A program made the position numbers and the translations under genes. Positions 37,857 through 50,165 of a DNA stretch of 64,000 nucleotides are shown piece by piece. The notes under the pieces were generated by a model. The model searched no databases. It worked only from the letters and a program-made list of their open reading frames with translations, and was not told the DNA's origin. Origin of the DNA: Felis catus (Eukaryota); the NCBI RefSeq assembly GCF_018350175.1, contig NC_058368.1, positions 96,040,001 through 96,104,000 of the forward strand. The letters are read 5' to 3'. Every line of letters starts with the position of its first letter. Within the stretch, counting starts at the first letter, position 1.

Positions 37857-39145
37857 AAAGCAAGTCTTTGAGAAAGGCATGCATTCTATTAAATTTTCAA
37901 GTTGTACTTTAATTATCAGGGTAGACCAACAGATAGCCATGGATCTGTCTTTATTCAATTATAATATTAAACTTAATGGTTTAATCAAAAGAAATAAAAA
38001 GAAAAAAAAGCCTTCTGTCTTGATGCCAAAACTCATTTCAAAGGCATGGTCTATACATGTTCTCTTGAAGATTAAAATAACCCATTAAGCTTCACATTCA
38101 ATGTTAGCAAAAGTTTTGACACTGTAGAAAATTTGATAGACCACTTCTATCAAACAGTGAAAACCATGTAATCTCTGTTTGCCTACATTTACAAGAAAGT
38201 CAGAGCGAAATTAAATGTCTCATAATTGTGACTGTATTGCTTTTCTACTTCCATTTTAACAGTTGTGATACATGAGGGTTTTAAAAAAATGTGACCTCCT
38301 GAAATCAAAAGACCTAAAACATTCGTCACTTTTCCGTAAAACGTTGGTCACTTGCCTAAAAATATTAGTCATGTGTTCGGCCAAATATATGTGAAATATT
38401 TTAGATGAATTTGTTGAATTGTGTATTAATTTGTTACATTGATAAGAATGTCACCCTATATTTTCTAACTACAGAGTACTTGGACATTCTCTAAATGTCA
38501 AGGCAAATATAAATGAAAAACAATTGAAAATTTGATAAGTTTTTAATTTTAATTCCAAGATAGTTAACAAGCAATATTACTTAGTTTCAGGTGTACAAAA
38601 TAGTGATTCAACAATTCTATACATTGCTCAGTGCTCATCATGATATGTGTGCTCTTGAATATCCTCCCCTATTTTCTCTGTGCCCCCTCCAGCCCCCACC
38701 CCTCTGATAACCATGTTTGTTCTCTATAGTTACCCGTCTGTTTCTTGGTTTGCCTCCCTCTCTCTTTTTTTCTTTCTCCTTTATTCCTTTGCTCGTTTGT
38801 TTTGTTTCTTAAATTCCACCTAACAGTGAAATCATGTGGTATTTTCTTTCTCTGACAGACTTATCTTACTTAGTATTATACTCTGTAGCTCCATGCATGT
38901 TGTTGCAAATGACAAGATCTCCTTCTCTTCTCTGGCTGAATAATATTCCAGTGATATCCAATGATATATATACCCAATATATCTAATAATATCCAATGAT
39001 ATATATATACATATGTGTGTATATATATATATATATATCATATCTTTTTTATCCATATATCTTTTGATGGACACTTGAGTTGTTTTCATAACTTGGCTAT
39101 AGTAAATAATGCTGCATTTAACATTGGGGTACAGGTATCTCTTTG

Positions 39146-40487
39146 TTTTTTTTTGTTTGTTTGTTTTCAATATATGAAGTTTATTGTCAAATTGGTTTCC
39201 ATACAACACCCAGTGCTCATCTCAAAAGGTGCCCTCCTCAGTACCCATCACCCACCCTCCCCTCCCTCCCACCTCCCATCAACTCTCAGTTCTCAGTTTT
39301 TAAGAGTCTCTCATGCTTTGGCTCTCTTCCCCTCTAACCTCTTTCTTTTTTTCTTTTCCTTCCACTCCCCCATGGGTTTCTGTTAAGTTTCTCAGGATCC
39401 ACATAAGAGTGAAACCATATGGTATCTGTCTTTCTCTGTTTGGCTTATTTCTCTTAGCATAACACTCTCCAATTCCATCCATGTAGCTACAAAGGGCCAT
39501 ATTTCATTCTTTCTCATTGCCACATAGTACCCCATTGTGTATATAAACCACAATTTCTTTATCCATTCATCAGTTGATGGGCATTTAGGCTCTTTCCATA
39601 ATTTGGCTTTTGTGGAGAGTGCTGCTATAAACATTGGGGTACAAGTGCCCCTATGCATCACTACTCCTGTATCCCTTGGGTAAATTCCTAGCAGTGCTAT
39701 TGCTGGGTCATAGGATAGGTCTGTTTTTAATTTTTTGAGGAACCTCCACACTGTTTTCCAGAGCGGCTGCACCAGTTTGCATTCCCACCAACAGTGCAAG
39801 AGGGTTCCCGTTTCTCCACATCCTCTCCAGCATCTATAGTCTCCTGATTTGTTCATTTTGGCCACTCTGACTGGCGTGAGGTGATATCTGAGTGTGGTTT
39901 TGATTTGTATTTCCCTGATGAGGAGCGACGTTGAGCATCTTTTCATGTGCCTGTTGGCCATCTGGATGTCTTCTTTAGAGAAGTGTCTATTCATGTTTTC
40001 TGCCCATTTCTTCACTGGGTTATTTGTTTTTCGGGTGTGGAGTTTGGTGAGCTCTTTATAGATTTTGGATACTAGCCCTTTGTCTGATATGTCATTTGCA
40101 AATATCGTTTCCCATTCCGTTGGTTGCCTTTTAGTTTTGTTGGTTGTTTCCTTTGCTGTGCAAAAGCTTTTTATTTTCATAAGGTCCCAGTAGTTCATTT
40201 TTGCTTTTAATTCCCTTGCCTTTGGAGATGTGTCAAGTAAGAAATTGCTACGGCTGAGGTCAGAGAGGTCTTTTCCTGCTTTCTCCTCTAGGGTTTTGAT
40301 GGTTTCCTGTCTCACATTCATGTCCTTTATCCATTTTGAGTTTATTTTTGTGAATGGTGTGAGAAAGTGGTCTAGTTTCAACCTTCTGCATGTTGCTGTC
40401 CAGTTCTCCCAGCACCATTTGTTAAAGAGACTGTCTTTTTTCCATTGGATGTTCTTTCCTGCTTTGTCAAAGATGAGTTGGCCATAC
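39146..40487 (-). mobile_element. Young felid L1 (L1_Fc type), 5'-truncated, nested in the older L1
   Basis: Perfect 16-bp TSD TACAGGTATCTCTTTG at 39130-39145 and 40488-40503; poly(A)-derived tail. Confidence 0.97.
39392..40381 (-). pseudogene. L1 ORF2p C-terminal remnant (329 aa open frame, Cys-rich domain)
   Basis: ORF track; [18 protein letters not shown] motif; no EN or RT domain, no promoter. Confidence 0.93.
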
Positions 40488-42094
40488 TACAGGTATCTCT
40501 TTGAAATAGTGTTTTTGTGTTTGGGGGTAAATATCCAGAAGTTGTGATTACTGATTGTAGGATATTTCTATTTCTAACTTTTTGAGGAACCTCCATACTG
40601 TTTCCCAGAGTGGCTGCACCAGTTTGCATTTTCACCAAATGGGCACAAAGGTTCCTTTTTCTCCACGTCCTCACCTGCGCTTGTTCTTTCTGGTGTTTTC
40701 AGTGTTAGCCATTTTGACAGGTGTGAGGTTATCTCTCACTGTGGTTTTGATATGCATTTCCCTGAAGATGGGTCATATTGAACTCTTCTCATGTGTCTGT
40801 TGGCCATCTGGATATCTTCTTTGGAGAAATACCTGTTCTTGTGTTCCGCCCTTTTTTAACTGGATTATTTGTTTTTTGGGTGTTGAGTAGCCTAAGATTT
40901 TTATATATTTTGGATACTAACCCCTTATCACACACTCATTTGCAAATACCTTATCCCCTTCAGTAAGTTGCCTTTTAGTTTTCTTGATTATATCTCTGGC
41001 TGTGCAGAAGCTTTTTTATTTTGATGTAGTCACACAAGTTTATTTTTGCTTGTATTTCCCTTGCCTCAGGAGACAGAGCTAGAAAAATGTTGCCACAGCC
41101 AGTGTCAGAGAAATTATCCCTTGTCTTTTCTTTTAGGTTTTTATGGTTTCAGGCCTCACATTTAGATCTTTAATCCATTTTGAGCTTATTTTTTGTGTAT
41201 GGTATAGGAAAGTGGTCCAGGTTCATGCTTTTGCACAGAGCTGGCCAGTTTTCCCAACACCGTTTGTTGAAGATATTATCTTTTCCCATAATGTAGTCTT
41301 TCCTCCTTTGTTGAAGATGAACTCACCATATAATAGTGAGTTTATTTCTGGGTTTTCTATTCTGTTCTAGAGATCAGCATTTTAGAGTTTACTGAGTACA
41401 GGCCTTTCACCTTTTTGGTTAAGTGCATTCCTAGGTACTTTGGTCTTTTTGGTGCAATTGTCACTGGGATTGTTTTGTTAATTTCTCTTTCTGCTGCTTC
41501 ATTATTAGTGTATAGACATGCAACAGATTTCACTACATAAATTTTATATGCTGCACCTTCACTAAATTCATTTATCAGTTCTACTAGTTGTTTGTTTGTT
41601 TGTTTTTTGTCTTTTTTTGTGTGGAGACTTTGAGGTTTTCTGTATACAGTATCTTGTCACCTGCAAATAGTGAAAGTTTAATTTCTTCCTTAGCAATTTG
41701 GATGCCTTATATTTCTTTTTGTTATCTGATTGCTATGGCTAGGACTTCTATTACTATGCTGAATAAAAGTTGTGAGAGTGGACATCCTTGTCTTGTCCCT
41801 GACCCTAGTGCAAAAACTCTGTTTTTCTTCATTGAGTATGATGTTTAATTTGGAATTTTTCATAGAAGGCTTTTATTGTGTTGAAGTATGTTCCTACTAA
41901 ACCTATTTTGTTGAGGGTTTTTATCATGATGAATATTGTACTTTGTCAAATGCTCTGTCTGCATCTGTTGAAATGATCGTATGGCTTTTATCCTTTCTCT
42001 TACTGATGTGATGTATCACATTGATTGATTTGCATATGTTGAACCACCCTTGTATCCTATGTGCAAATCCCATTTGATCCTAGTGAATGATTTT

Positions 42095-42309
42095 ATATAA
42101 CAATGTTTTAAAGTTTATATATTTACTTTGAGAGAGACAGAGAGAGAGACGAGGGGGGGATTGAGAGAGAATCCCAAACATGAATCCCAAATTCATGCTG
42201 TCATTGTGGAGCCCAATGTATGGAGGCCTGAACCCATGAACCCTGAGATCATGACCTGAGCAGAAATCAAGAGTTGGACGTATAATTGACTGAGCCACTT
42301 AGGTGACCC
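42095..42309 (-). mobile_element. CanSINE nested in the older L1
   Basis: GACTGAGCCACTTAGGTGACCC end; degenerate TSD around GTGAATGATTTT / GTAAGTGATTTT. Confidence 0.9.
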
Positions 42310-43077
42310 TGGTAAGTGATTTTTTTAAAATGCATTGTTGGATTCGGTTTGCTAATATTTTGATGAAGATTTTTGCATCCACCTTCATCAGGGATATTGG
42401 CCTGTAGTTATGTCTCTCTCTCTTTCTTTTTTTGGTCAAGCCTTTGTCTTGATTTGGTATCAGGAGAATACAGCCTCATAAAATGGATTTAGAAATTTTC
42501 CTTCCTCTTTTATTTTTTGGAATAGTTTGAGAAGAAGAGGTATTGACTCTTCTTTAAATTTCATAGAATTCGCTTGTGAAGCTTTCTGGTCCTGGACTTT
42601 TGTTTTTTGGGAGTTTTTAAATTCCTGAATCATTCCCATTGCTGGTAATCTTTGTGTTCAAACTTCCTATTTCTTCCAACTTTACTTTTGGTAGGTTATA
42701 TATTTCTAGCAGTTTACCAATTTCTTCTAGGTCATCCAATTGAAGTTTTAAAAAATAAATCATTGAAATCATTTTATAGGGCAGCAAATCATATGTGTGT
42801 AGGCATTCTAAAGTCAAAAGAGGGTCACTTTATTTATATCTGTTGGTGGGTGATGTGATGACATTTATTTTCTCCTCCCTGTGAATCTTAAAGAAAGGTG
42901 AAAAATTAACTGCATTGCTTCTGATACAGGCCCAGGAAATGAAATATAAAAAGAGCTAGAAGCATTTTCTGTGATAAACACAGAGCTCTCGAATTCATTT
43001 TTGCTTTGCTTTTGTTAGCCATTTTCAGGGTATCACATGGTCTCCCACATATGAGAAAAGGGATGTTGGCCAGAGCA

Positions 43078-43153
43078 CAGAGGGAGGGGAGAGAGAAAGA
43101 AGGAAAGGGAGAAAGAAAGAGAGGGAGGGATGGAGGGAGGAGAGGAGGGAGGC
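43078..43153. repeat. Polypurine (GGA/GAA/GGGA) tract
   Basis: Seen directly. Confidence 0.85.
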
Positions 43154-44139
43154 TTTATAAGGGTTTATTTGCCCATACTTCTTATTCACATTTATCCATT
43201 CCATATTCCAAAAGATGCAGGAAAAATTAATGAAATAATGTTAACTCTAATACTCAGTACCTCAGAAAAATTTTTGTTGCTTTCATATATTATTATTAGC
43301 TACATAGAAATAATCTCTGAAAAATACACTTATTTCATTGATGGTTGGAAAGTACTCCCTCCCTCAGGTAAATTTTGGACAGCTTACAGAATTTGTTTCA
43401 TTATGGTATTAGAATGTCATCATTTCCCCCGAAGATCTTTTGGTCAAATATTTCATCATTCAGACAGTCTTTAAGAATTTTTTTTTTTAATTTCAGGGAA
43501 CGAAAGCCAATATAATGCTCCATTAAGTCTATATAAGTAATTGATCTATATTATCAGTCAATTATAAATGACTTAATACCATCTATGCTTATTACTCTGG
43601 AAAGTATGGGACAGAGTTCACTTGTTTTATCCCGTATCTAATACATTTCAGAAATATGATACTTAATCTCAAAATTACTAGGTCTGTCTCCACGAGTACC
43701 ATATCACTTGTTTCGAGATAACATTAGTAAATAACCTTTGGCACTGATATTGTAACAAAGTTATAGTTATTCTCAAATGAAACCACCCAGTCTGTCTCTC
43801 TTTATTCATTCTTTCCAATAGCGGATAATTTCCAGTATTTCCAAGGCTGCCCTCATTTTAAGTTATTCTGTTCAGTGTCTCCAGCAAAGCACAATATCGC
43901 ATGGTAATTATTACAGTGTATCACTTGTAGAAACATTTAAAATGACTTGATGACTTCTTGGTTAGAGAATATGGCATTTTATTCAAGTTAAATAGGAGAT
44001 GCTCAGGAGAGGAGAATATATTTGGGCAATAGTAAAGCCCATTTAACTCCTTCAGAATCTAAGCCTGATAAAAAACTGTTCTTTCAAGGGTGGTATCTTA
44101 CTTGCTGTGGTAAATCAGTGATTCTGTTACTGTGAACAA

Positions 44140-44370
44140 CAGCAAACCTATCTGGTACACAGACTGCGTGCTAGACATCATTTGTGCACATTTATGTATT
44201 AACTCATTTTATTTTCCCAGCAATCTATTATGGAGGACTATCGTTACTTCCATTTTGTAGATAAGGAAACTGAGGCACAGAGTGATTAGGCTGGCCAGTG
44301 TCACAACAAGAAAAAGGCAGAGCTGAGACCAGAACCCAGATGATCTCCTCCAGTGTACATGCTTGTAAGC
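44140..44370 (-). mobile_element. MIR SINE
   Basis: Core CCATTTTGTAGATAAGGAAACTGAGGCACAGAG. Confidence 0.85.
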
Positions 44371-44546
44371 CCCTTTCTGAATGTCTCGTAGAAAAACACC
44401 TCTGAATGACTTCTAGATGTCAACCAGATCTCACAAACGCAATTTCCTTAGTAGCTTAGTGGTAGTACATTTTCAACACACAAATGTGGGTTGCATTATC
44501 ATGAAGTACAACTGAGTTTAAGAAGCTTACTACTTTATTTTTTTTG

Positions 44547-44551
<5 letters not shown>

Positions 44552-44614
<63 letters not shown>
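44552..44614. repeat. (TA)n microsatellite within the L1 tail
   Basis: About 31 perfect TA units. Confidence 0.98.
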
Positions 44615-44617
<3 letters not shown>

Positions 44618-44750
44618 AATATATGAAGTTTTTGTCAAATTGGTTTCCAAACAACACCCAGTGCTCATCCCAAAAGGTGCCTTCCTCAATACCCATCACC
44701 TACCCTCCCCTCCCTCCCACCCCCCATCAACCCTCAGTTTGTTCTCAGTT

Positions 44751-44978
44751 GTGTTTTGTTTTGTTTTTTTTAATTTTTTTTTCAACGTTTATTTATTTTT
44801 GGGACAGAGAGAGACAGAGCATGAACGGGGGAGGGGCAGAGAGAGAGGGAGACACAGAATCAGAAACAGGCTCCAAGCCATCAGCCCAGAGCCTGACGCG
44901 GGGCTGGAACTCACGGACCGCGAGATCGTGACCTGGCTGAAGTCGGACGCTTAACCAACTGCGCCACCCAGGCGCCCC
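44751..44978 (-). mobile_element. Young CanSINE nested in the L1 3' UTR
   Basis: TSD GTTCTCAGTT at 44741-44750 and 44980-44989; lacks the 7-nt GGCTCTG present in the 3870 and 36979 copies. Confidence 0.97.
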
Positions 44979-45024
44979 AGTTCTCAGTTTTTAAGAGTCT
45001 CTTATGCTTTGGCTCTCTCCCACT

Positions 45025-46539
45025 CTAACCTCTTTTTTTTTTTTTTCCTTCCCCTCCCCCATGGGTTTCTGTTAAGTTTCTCAGGATCCACATGAGTGAA
45101 CACATATGGTATCTGTATTTCTCTGTATGACTTATTTCACTTAGCATCACACTCTCCAGTTCCATCCACGTTGCTACAAAGGGCCATATTTCATTCATTC
45201 TCATTGCCATGTAGTACTCCATTGTGTACATAAACCACAATTTCTTTATCCATTCATCAGTTGATGGACATTTAGGCTCTTTCCATAATTTGGCTTTTGT
45301 GGAGAGTGCTGCTATAAACATTGGGGTACAAGTGCCCCTATGCATCACTACTCCTGTATCCCTTGGGTAAATTCCTAGCAGTGCTATTGCTGGGTCATAG
45401 GATAGGTCTGTTTTTAATTTTTTGAGGAACCTCCACACTGTTTTCCAGAGCGGCTGCACCAGTTTGCATTCCCACCAACAGTGCAAGAGGGTTCCCGTTT
45501 CTCCACATCCTCTCCAGCATCTATAGTCTCCTGATTTGTTCATTTTGGCCACTCTGACTGGCGTGAGGTGATATCTGAGTGTGGTTTTGATTTGTATTTC
45601 CCTGATGAGGAGCGACGTTGAGCATCTTTTCATGTGCCTGTTGGCCATCTGGATGTCTTCTTTAGAGAAGTGTCTATTCATGTTTTCTGCCCATTTCTTC
45701 ACTGGGTTATTTGTTTTTCGGGTGTGGAGTTTGGTGAGCTCTTTATAGATTTTGGATACTAGCCCTTTGTCTGATATGTCATTTGCAAATATCGTTTCCC
45801 ATTCCGTTGGTTGCCTTTTAGTTTTGTTGGTTGTTTCCTTTGCTGTGCAAAAGCTTTTTATTTTCATAAGGTCCCAGTAGTTCATTTTTGCTTTTAATTC
45901 CCTTGCCTTTGGAGATGTGTCAAGTAAGAAACTGCTGTGGCTGAGGTCAGAGAGGTCTTTTCCTGCTTTCTCCTCTAGTGTTTTGATGGTTTCCTGTCTC
46001 ACATTCAGGTCCTTTATCCATTTTGAGTTTATTTTTGTGAATGGTGTGAGAAAGTGGTCTAGTTTCAACCTTCTGCATGTTGCTGTCCAGTTCTCCCAGC
46101 ACCATTTGTTAAAGAGACTGTCTTTTTTCCATTGGATGTTCTTTCCTGCTTTGTCAAAGATGAGTTGGCCATACGTTTGTGGGTCTAGTTCTGGGGTTTC
46201 TATTCTATTCCATTGGTCTATGTGTCTGTTTTTTTGCCAATACCATGCTGTCTTGATGATGACAGCTTTGTAGTAGAGGCTAAAGTCTGGGATTGTGATG
46301 CCTCCTGCTTTGGTCTTCTTCAAAATTACTTTGGCTATTTGGGGTCTTTTGTGGTTCCATATGAACTTGAGGATTGCTTGTTCTAGTTTCGAGAAGAATG
46401 CTGGTGCAATTTTGATTGGGATTGCATTGAATGTATAGATAGCTTTGAGTAGTATTGACATTTTGACAATATTTATTCTTCCAATCCATGAGCATGGAAT
46501 GTTTTTCCATTTCTTTATATCTTCTTCAATTTCCTTCAT
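45025..46539 (-). pseudogene. L1 ORF2p C-terminal remnant (504 aa open frame)
   Basis: ORF track; L1 ORF2 sequence with a terminal frameshift reading into the 3' UTR; upstream RT portion frameshifted. Confidence 0.93.
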
Positions 46540-48048
46540 AAGCTTTCTATAGTTTTCAGCATACAGATCTTTTACATCTTTGGTTAGTTTTATTCCTAGG
46601 TATTTTATGATTCTTGGTACAATTGTGAATGGGATCAGTTTATTTGTATTTCTGTTGCTTCATTATTAGTGTATAAGAATGCAACTGATTTCTGTACATT
46701 GATTTTGTATCCTGCAACTTTGCTAAATTCATGTATCAGTTCTAGCCAACTTCTCGTGGAGTCTATCGGATTTTCCATGTATAATATCATGTCATCTGCA
46801 AAAAGTGAAAACTTCATCTTTGCTAATTTTGATGCCTTTGATTTCCTTTTGTTGTCTGATTGCTGATGCTAGAACTTCCAACACTATGTTAAACAACAGT
46901 GGTGAGAGTGGGCATCCCTGTCGTGTTCCTGATCTCAGCGAGAAAGCTCTCAGTTTTTCCCCATTGAGGATGATGTTGGCTGTGGGCTTTTCATAAATGG
47001 CTTTTATGATCTTTAAGTATGTTCCTTCTATCCTGACTTTCTCGAGGGTTTTTATTAAGAAAGTTTGCTGTTTGTCAAAGGCCTTTTCTGCATCGATGGA
47101 CAGGATCATATGGTTCTTATCTTGTCTTTTTTTAATGTGATGTATCACATTGATTGATTTGCAAATGTTGAACCAGCCCTGCAGCCCAGGAATGAATCCC
47201 ACTTGATCATGGTGAATAATTCTTTTTATATGCTGTTGAATTCGATTTGCTAGTATCTTATTGAGAATTTTTGCATCCATATTGATCAGGGATATTGCCC
47301 TGTAGTTCTCTTTTTTTACTGGGTCTCTGTCTGGTTTAGGAATCAAAGTAATACTGGAGAAGCCTACTACTTTAGAATCAGAATCCTGAAAAGTGAATTG
47401 GATGTTGGTATTTAGAGTACATTTGAATATTTTAATGCGTCCCATTCTGTAATGTATCTCATTCATTCTTGTGTGCTGCTATAAGTTTTACACAATAAAT
47501 TCTTAGCTTTTATCTTAGCTACCTGTGTGGTTTTAAAAGTATGTGTATGAAGATATTTGAGAAAAATTCCTGTTCCAATTAATTAAATGGATTCAATTGG
47601 TACTATATACAGGATGCCTTATCCAGTATTTTGGGTGATTCAAGAACAAACAACTTGGTGTCTTCTTTTGATGAGTTTATGAGTTTTAGAGGGGAAACCA
47701 TGCAAGAAGCAGGAACTGTGGGTGGTTAAAAGAGATTGAGAAGTCAGATCACAAATGCAATGGCTTACAATAATGAATAAAAATCACTACGTTAGTAAGG
47801 AAAGGGGTACAATTGCATGTCATATAAATTGTAGATTTTAACTAATGAGAGAAGACAAACATTTTAGTGCTCAGAGTGGTTCTTCAGATCTTGCCACAGT
47901 CAGAAATGGCAGTGAGAAGAAGTCTAGCCTAATGCTGGACTTCTAATGCTAGATTCTTTAATGCTGAGAGTTTTCAGTAATACCTGTCAATTAGGAGGGA
48001 ATCAGATAGATAGTGGTCATAAAGGCAACCCTCAGAAACCTTCTTACC

Positions 48049-48176
48049 AGAGCACCTGGGTGACTCAGTCAGTTAAGTATCCAACTCTTGATTTCAGCTC
48101 AAGTCATGATCTCGTGGTTCGGGCGTTTGAGCCCCATATCGGGCTTCATGCTGGCAGTGCAGAACCTGTTTGGGAT

Positions 48177-48232
<56 letters not shown>

Positions 48233-48283
48233 CCTCCCCTGTGCTCTCTCTCTCTCTCTCAAAATAAATAAACTTAAAAAAAA
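48049..48283 (+). mobile_element. CanSINE with long (CT)n
   Basis: GAGCACCTGGGTGACTCAGTCAGTTAAG head; degenerate TSD ending in TTACCA. Confidence 0.94.
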
Positions 48284-48736
48284 ACCCGTTTACCATGGCA
48301 AGAATTTAGAAGAGCGGCATTAGAAGGTAGTTAATTTTGCTGGATCTTAGATGACATTGGAGGAAAAGCTCAATATGAGAGAAAGGAGATTCTCCCTGCC
48401 TGGATGGTGTTGACTCTGGTAATACTCTGAGATTAGAAAGCATGGTTCAGCACACCAACAACAGGACTGCCTACAGCTCCAATCAGGCTGCCCTCTTTGG
48501 CAACCCTCTGTTATCTTGAAACTACAGGAAACTTGATAGAATACTTTAAGGCTGTGGTATAGGAAAAAGAAGTTTTGCAAGGCAGGAAAGGCCTAACGAG
48601 TGTTCAGCTGTTATCTTAGGCAACAAGAAGGTTTGGACACATCTGTCCATATAATCACAAAGGCATTATGAGACATGATATGGCAACTGTTCCCAAAAAA
48701 CAAGTAATAAAAACAATAGACAAGAACACATTTCCA

Positions 48737-48885
48737 GGACACCTGGGTGGCTCAGTTGGTCACGCATCAACTCTGCACTGACCATACAGAGCCTGCTTGG
48801 GAATCTCTCTCCCTCTCTCTGCCCCTCTTCTGCTCACTTGCACATGCTCTCTCTTTCTCAAAATAAATAAATAAACTTTTTTTTT
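48737..48885 (+). mobile_element. Internally deleted CanSINE
   Basis: Head joins the body at ...CATCAACTCT-GCACTG; AACACATT on both sides. Confidence 0.88.
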
Positions 48886-49049
48886 TAATAACACATTGCA
48901 AATGGGAAACAAAGGAGAAACCAGACTGGAAAAAAAATAACTTAGGGAACAAAAGAAAACTTGGTCGAGGCCATTTCTATTAATTTCCCATGCAGGATAT
49001 CTGTGTAAGAACATAAATAAGCCAAGAGGCAAAAAATGAAATGACACAA

Positions 49050-49870
49050 TGACAGATCAGTATGCTCAACTAAAAGAAGAAACTGAAACCCAGATTAGTT
49101 TCATTAAAGAACTAGACAGAAAAAAGGAAATCAGGTTCAAATATATATTCTATTGAAAAGCAAATTAAGGGTGCCTGGTGGCTCAGTAGGTTGGGCATCC
49201 AGCTCTTCATTTCAAATTGGGTCATGATCTCAGAGTTGTGAATTTGAGCCCTACGTTGGGCTCTGAGCTAGCAGTGTGGTGCTTGCTTGGGAATTCGGTC
49301 TTTCCTTTCTCTCTGCCCCTCCCCTGTGCTCTCTTTCTCATTCAAAATAAACAAACACTAAAAAAAAAAAGGAAAAGCAAATTCATAACAGTGTAAAGTT
49401 TTAGTTAATTGTATTATTAGTAGAGAATGAAATTTTAGAGATTTTGAGTGCTGGAGGGAAGATTATAGATATGGAAGGACATAAGGATAATTGGGACCCT
49501 CTGAGAAAGAAAATCCATTGTAATGAAGTAGCAGACAGTTTTCCCAGAATAAAAGAAGGACTTTATATGCATTTCAAAGGAATGCACTTAATTACAGGAA
49601 GGATGATACCACGGCGGACACAGCCTGGTGGACTTACTGAACCTCAAAATTAAAAAAAAATATTGGATGTGGAATCAGACGAATGCCAAGTCACCTTCAG
49701 GCTGGCATCCACAGCAATATTCAATTTTGTGAAACAATAAAGAAATGTTTAAGTGCTGAGGGAAAGTTAATGCTCAGGTAGGTTGTAACTCAATTGTGCA
49801 AGAACTGCATTCTCACACATAAGAACTCAGCGGAATGTGGTTTTCTTCCTAGTTGTCTCTCTCATGAATG
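49050..49870 (+). mobile_element. Ancient HAL1/L1 ORF1-like relic, interrupted by a SINE
   Basis: TCAGGCTGGCATCCACAGCAATATTCAAT...AAACAATAAAGAAATGTTTAAGTGCTGAGGGAAAG resembles decayed ORF1 C-terminal coding text. Confidence 0.45.
49168..49371 (+). mobile_element. CanSINE
   Basis: TSD GAAAAGCAAATT at 49155-49166 and 49372-49383. Confidence 0.94.
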
Positions 49871-49979
49871 CCCATCAGACCAAAATGACTGTACCAAAAA
49901 GTCGCTTCATTTCCACATGCATAGCAACCGGGGACATAGGATTACGAACCAGAACTGTTCAGCAAAATTGCATCCCGAT

Positions 49980-50165
49980 AGTATTAATAGTATGTTCGCT
50001 TGACCAGCAGAATCAGAATCACCTGGAAATTTGTTACCAAAGCACAAATTTGGGCACCGCCTCAGACCAACTGAATCAGAAACTCCACGGGTGGACCCCA
50101 GAGGTCTTGCTTTTAGTACATTTTCCAGATAATTCTGACGTTCAGTCAAGTGCTAGAGTATTCCT
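49980..50165. mobile_element. MER5A-like hAT-Charlie DNA transposon relic
   Basis: GACCAGCAGAATCAGAATCACCTGGAAATTTGTT...CAGACCAACTGAATCAGAAACTC. Confidence 0.8.

Larger units (their letters stand above)
38539..42741 (-). mobile_element. Older carnivore-type L1, 5'-truncated, interrupted by a young L1 and a SINE
   Basis: 3' end TTAGTTTCAGGTGTACAAAATAGTGATTCAAC; decayed ORF2 text resumes at 40488 and runs to about 42741; internal deletion near 41370. Confidence 0.92.
44538..47357 (-). mobile_element. Young felid L1 (L1_Fc type), 5'-truncated at the start of the RT region
   Basis: 17-bp TSD AGAAGC(T/C)TACTACTTTA at 44521-44537 and 47358-47374; RT motifs [13 protein letters not shown] and LFADD in frameshifted ORFs 46792-47466 and 46635-46817. 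Confidence 0.97.

Noticed and set aside
45025..47466. 504-aa and 224-aa ORFs as an active reverse-transcriptase gene
   Set aside because: They are LINE-1 ORF2 pieces in a 5'-truncated copy with frameshifts in the RT region, no endonuclease domain, no ORF1 and no promoter; the N-terminus of the 224-aa ORF is flanking DNA beyond the TSD
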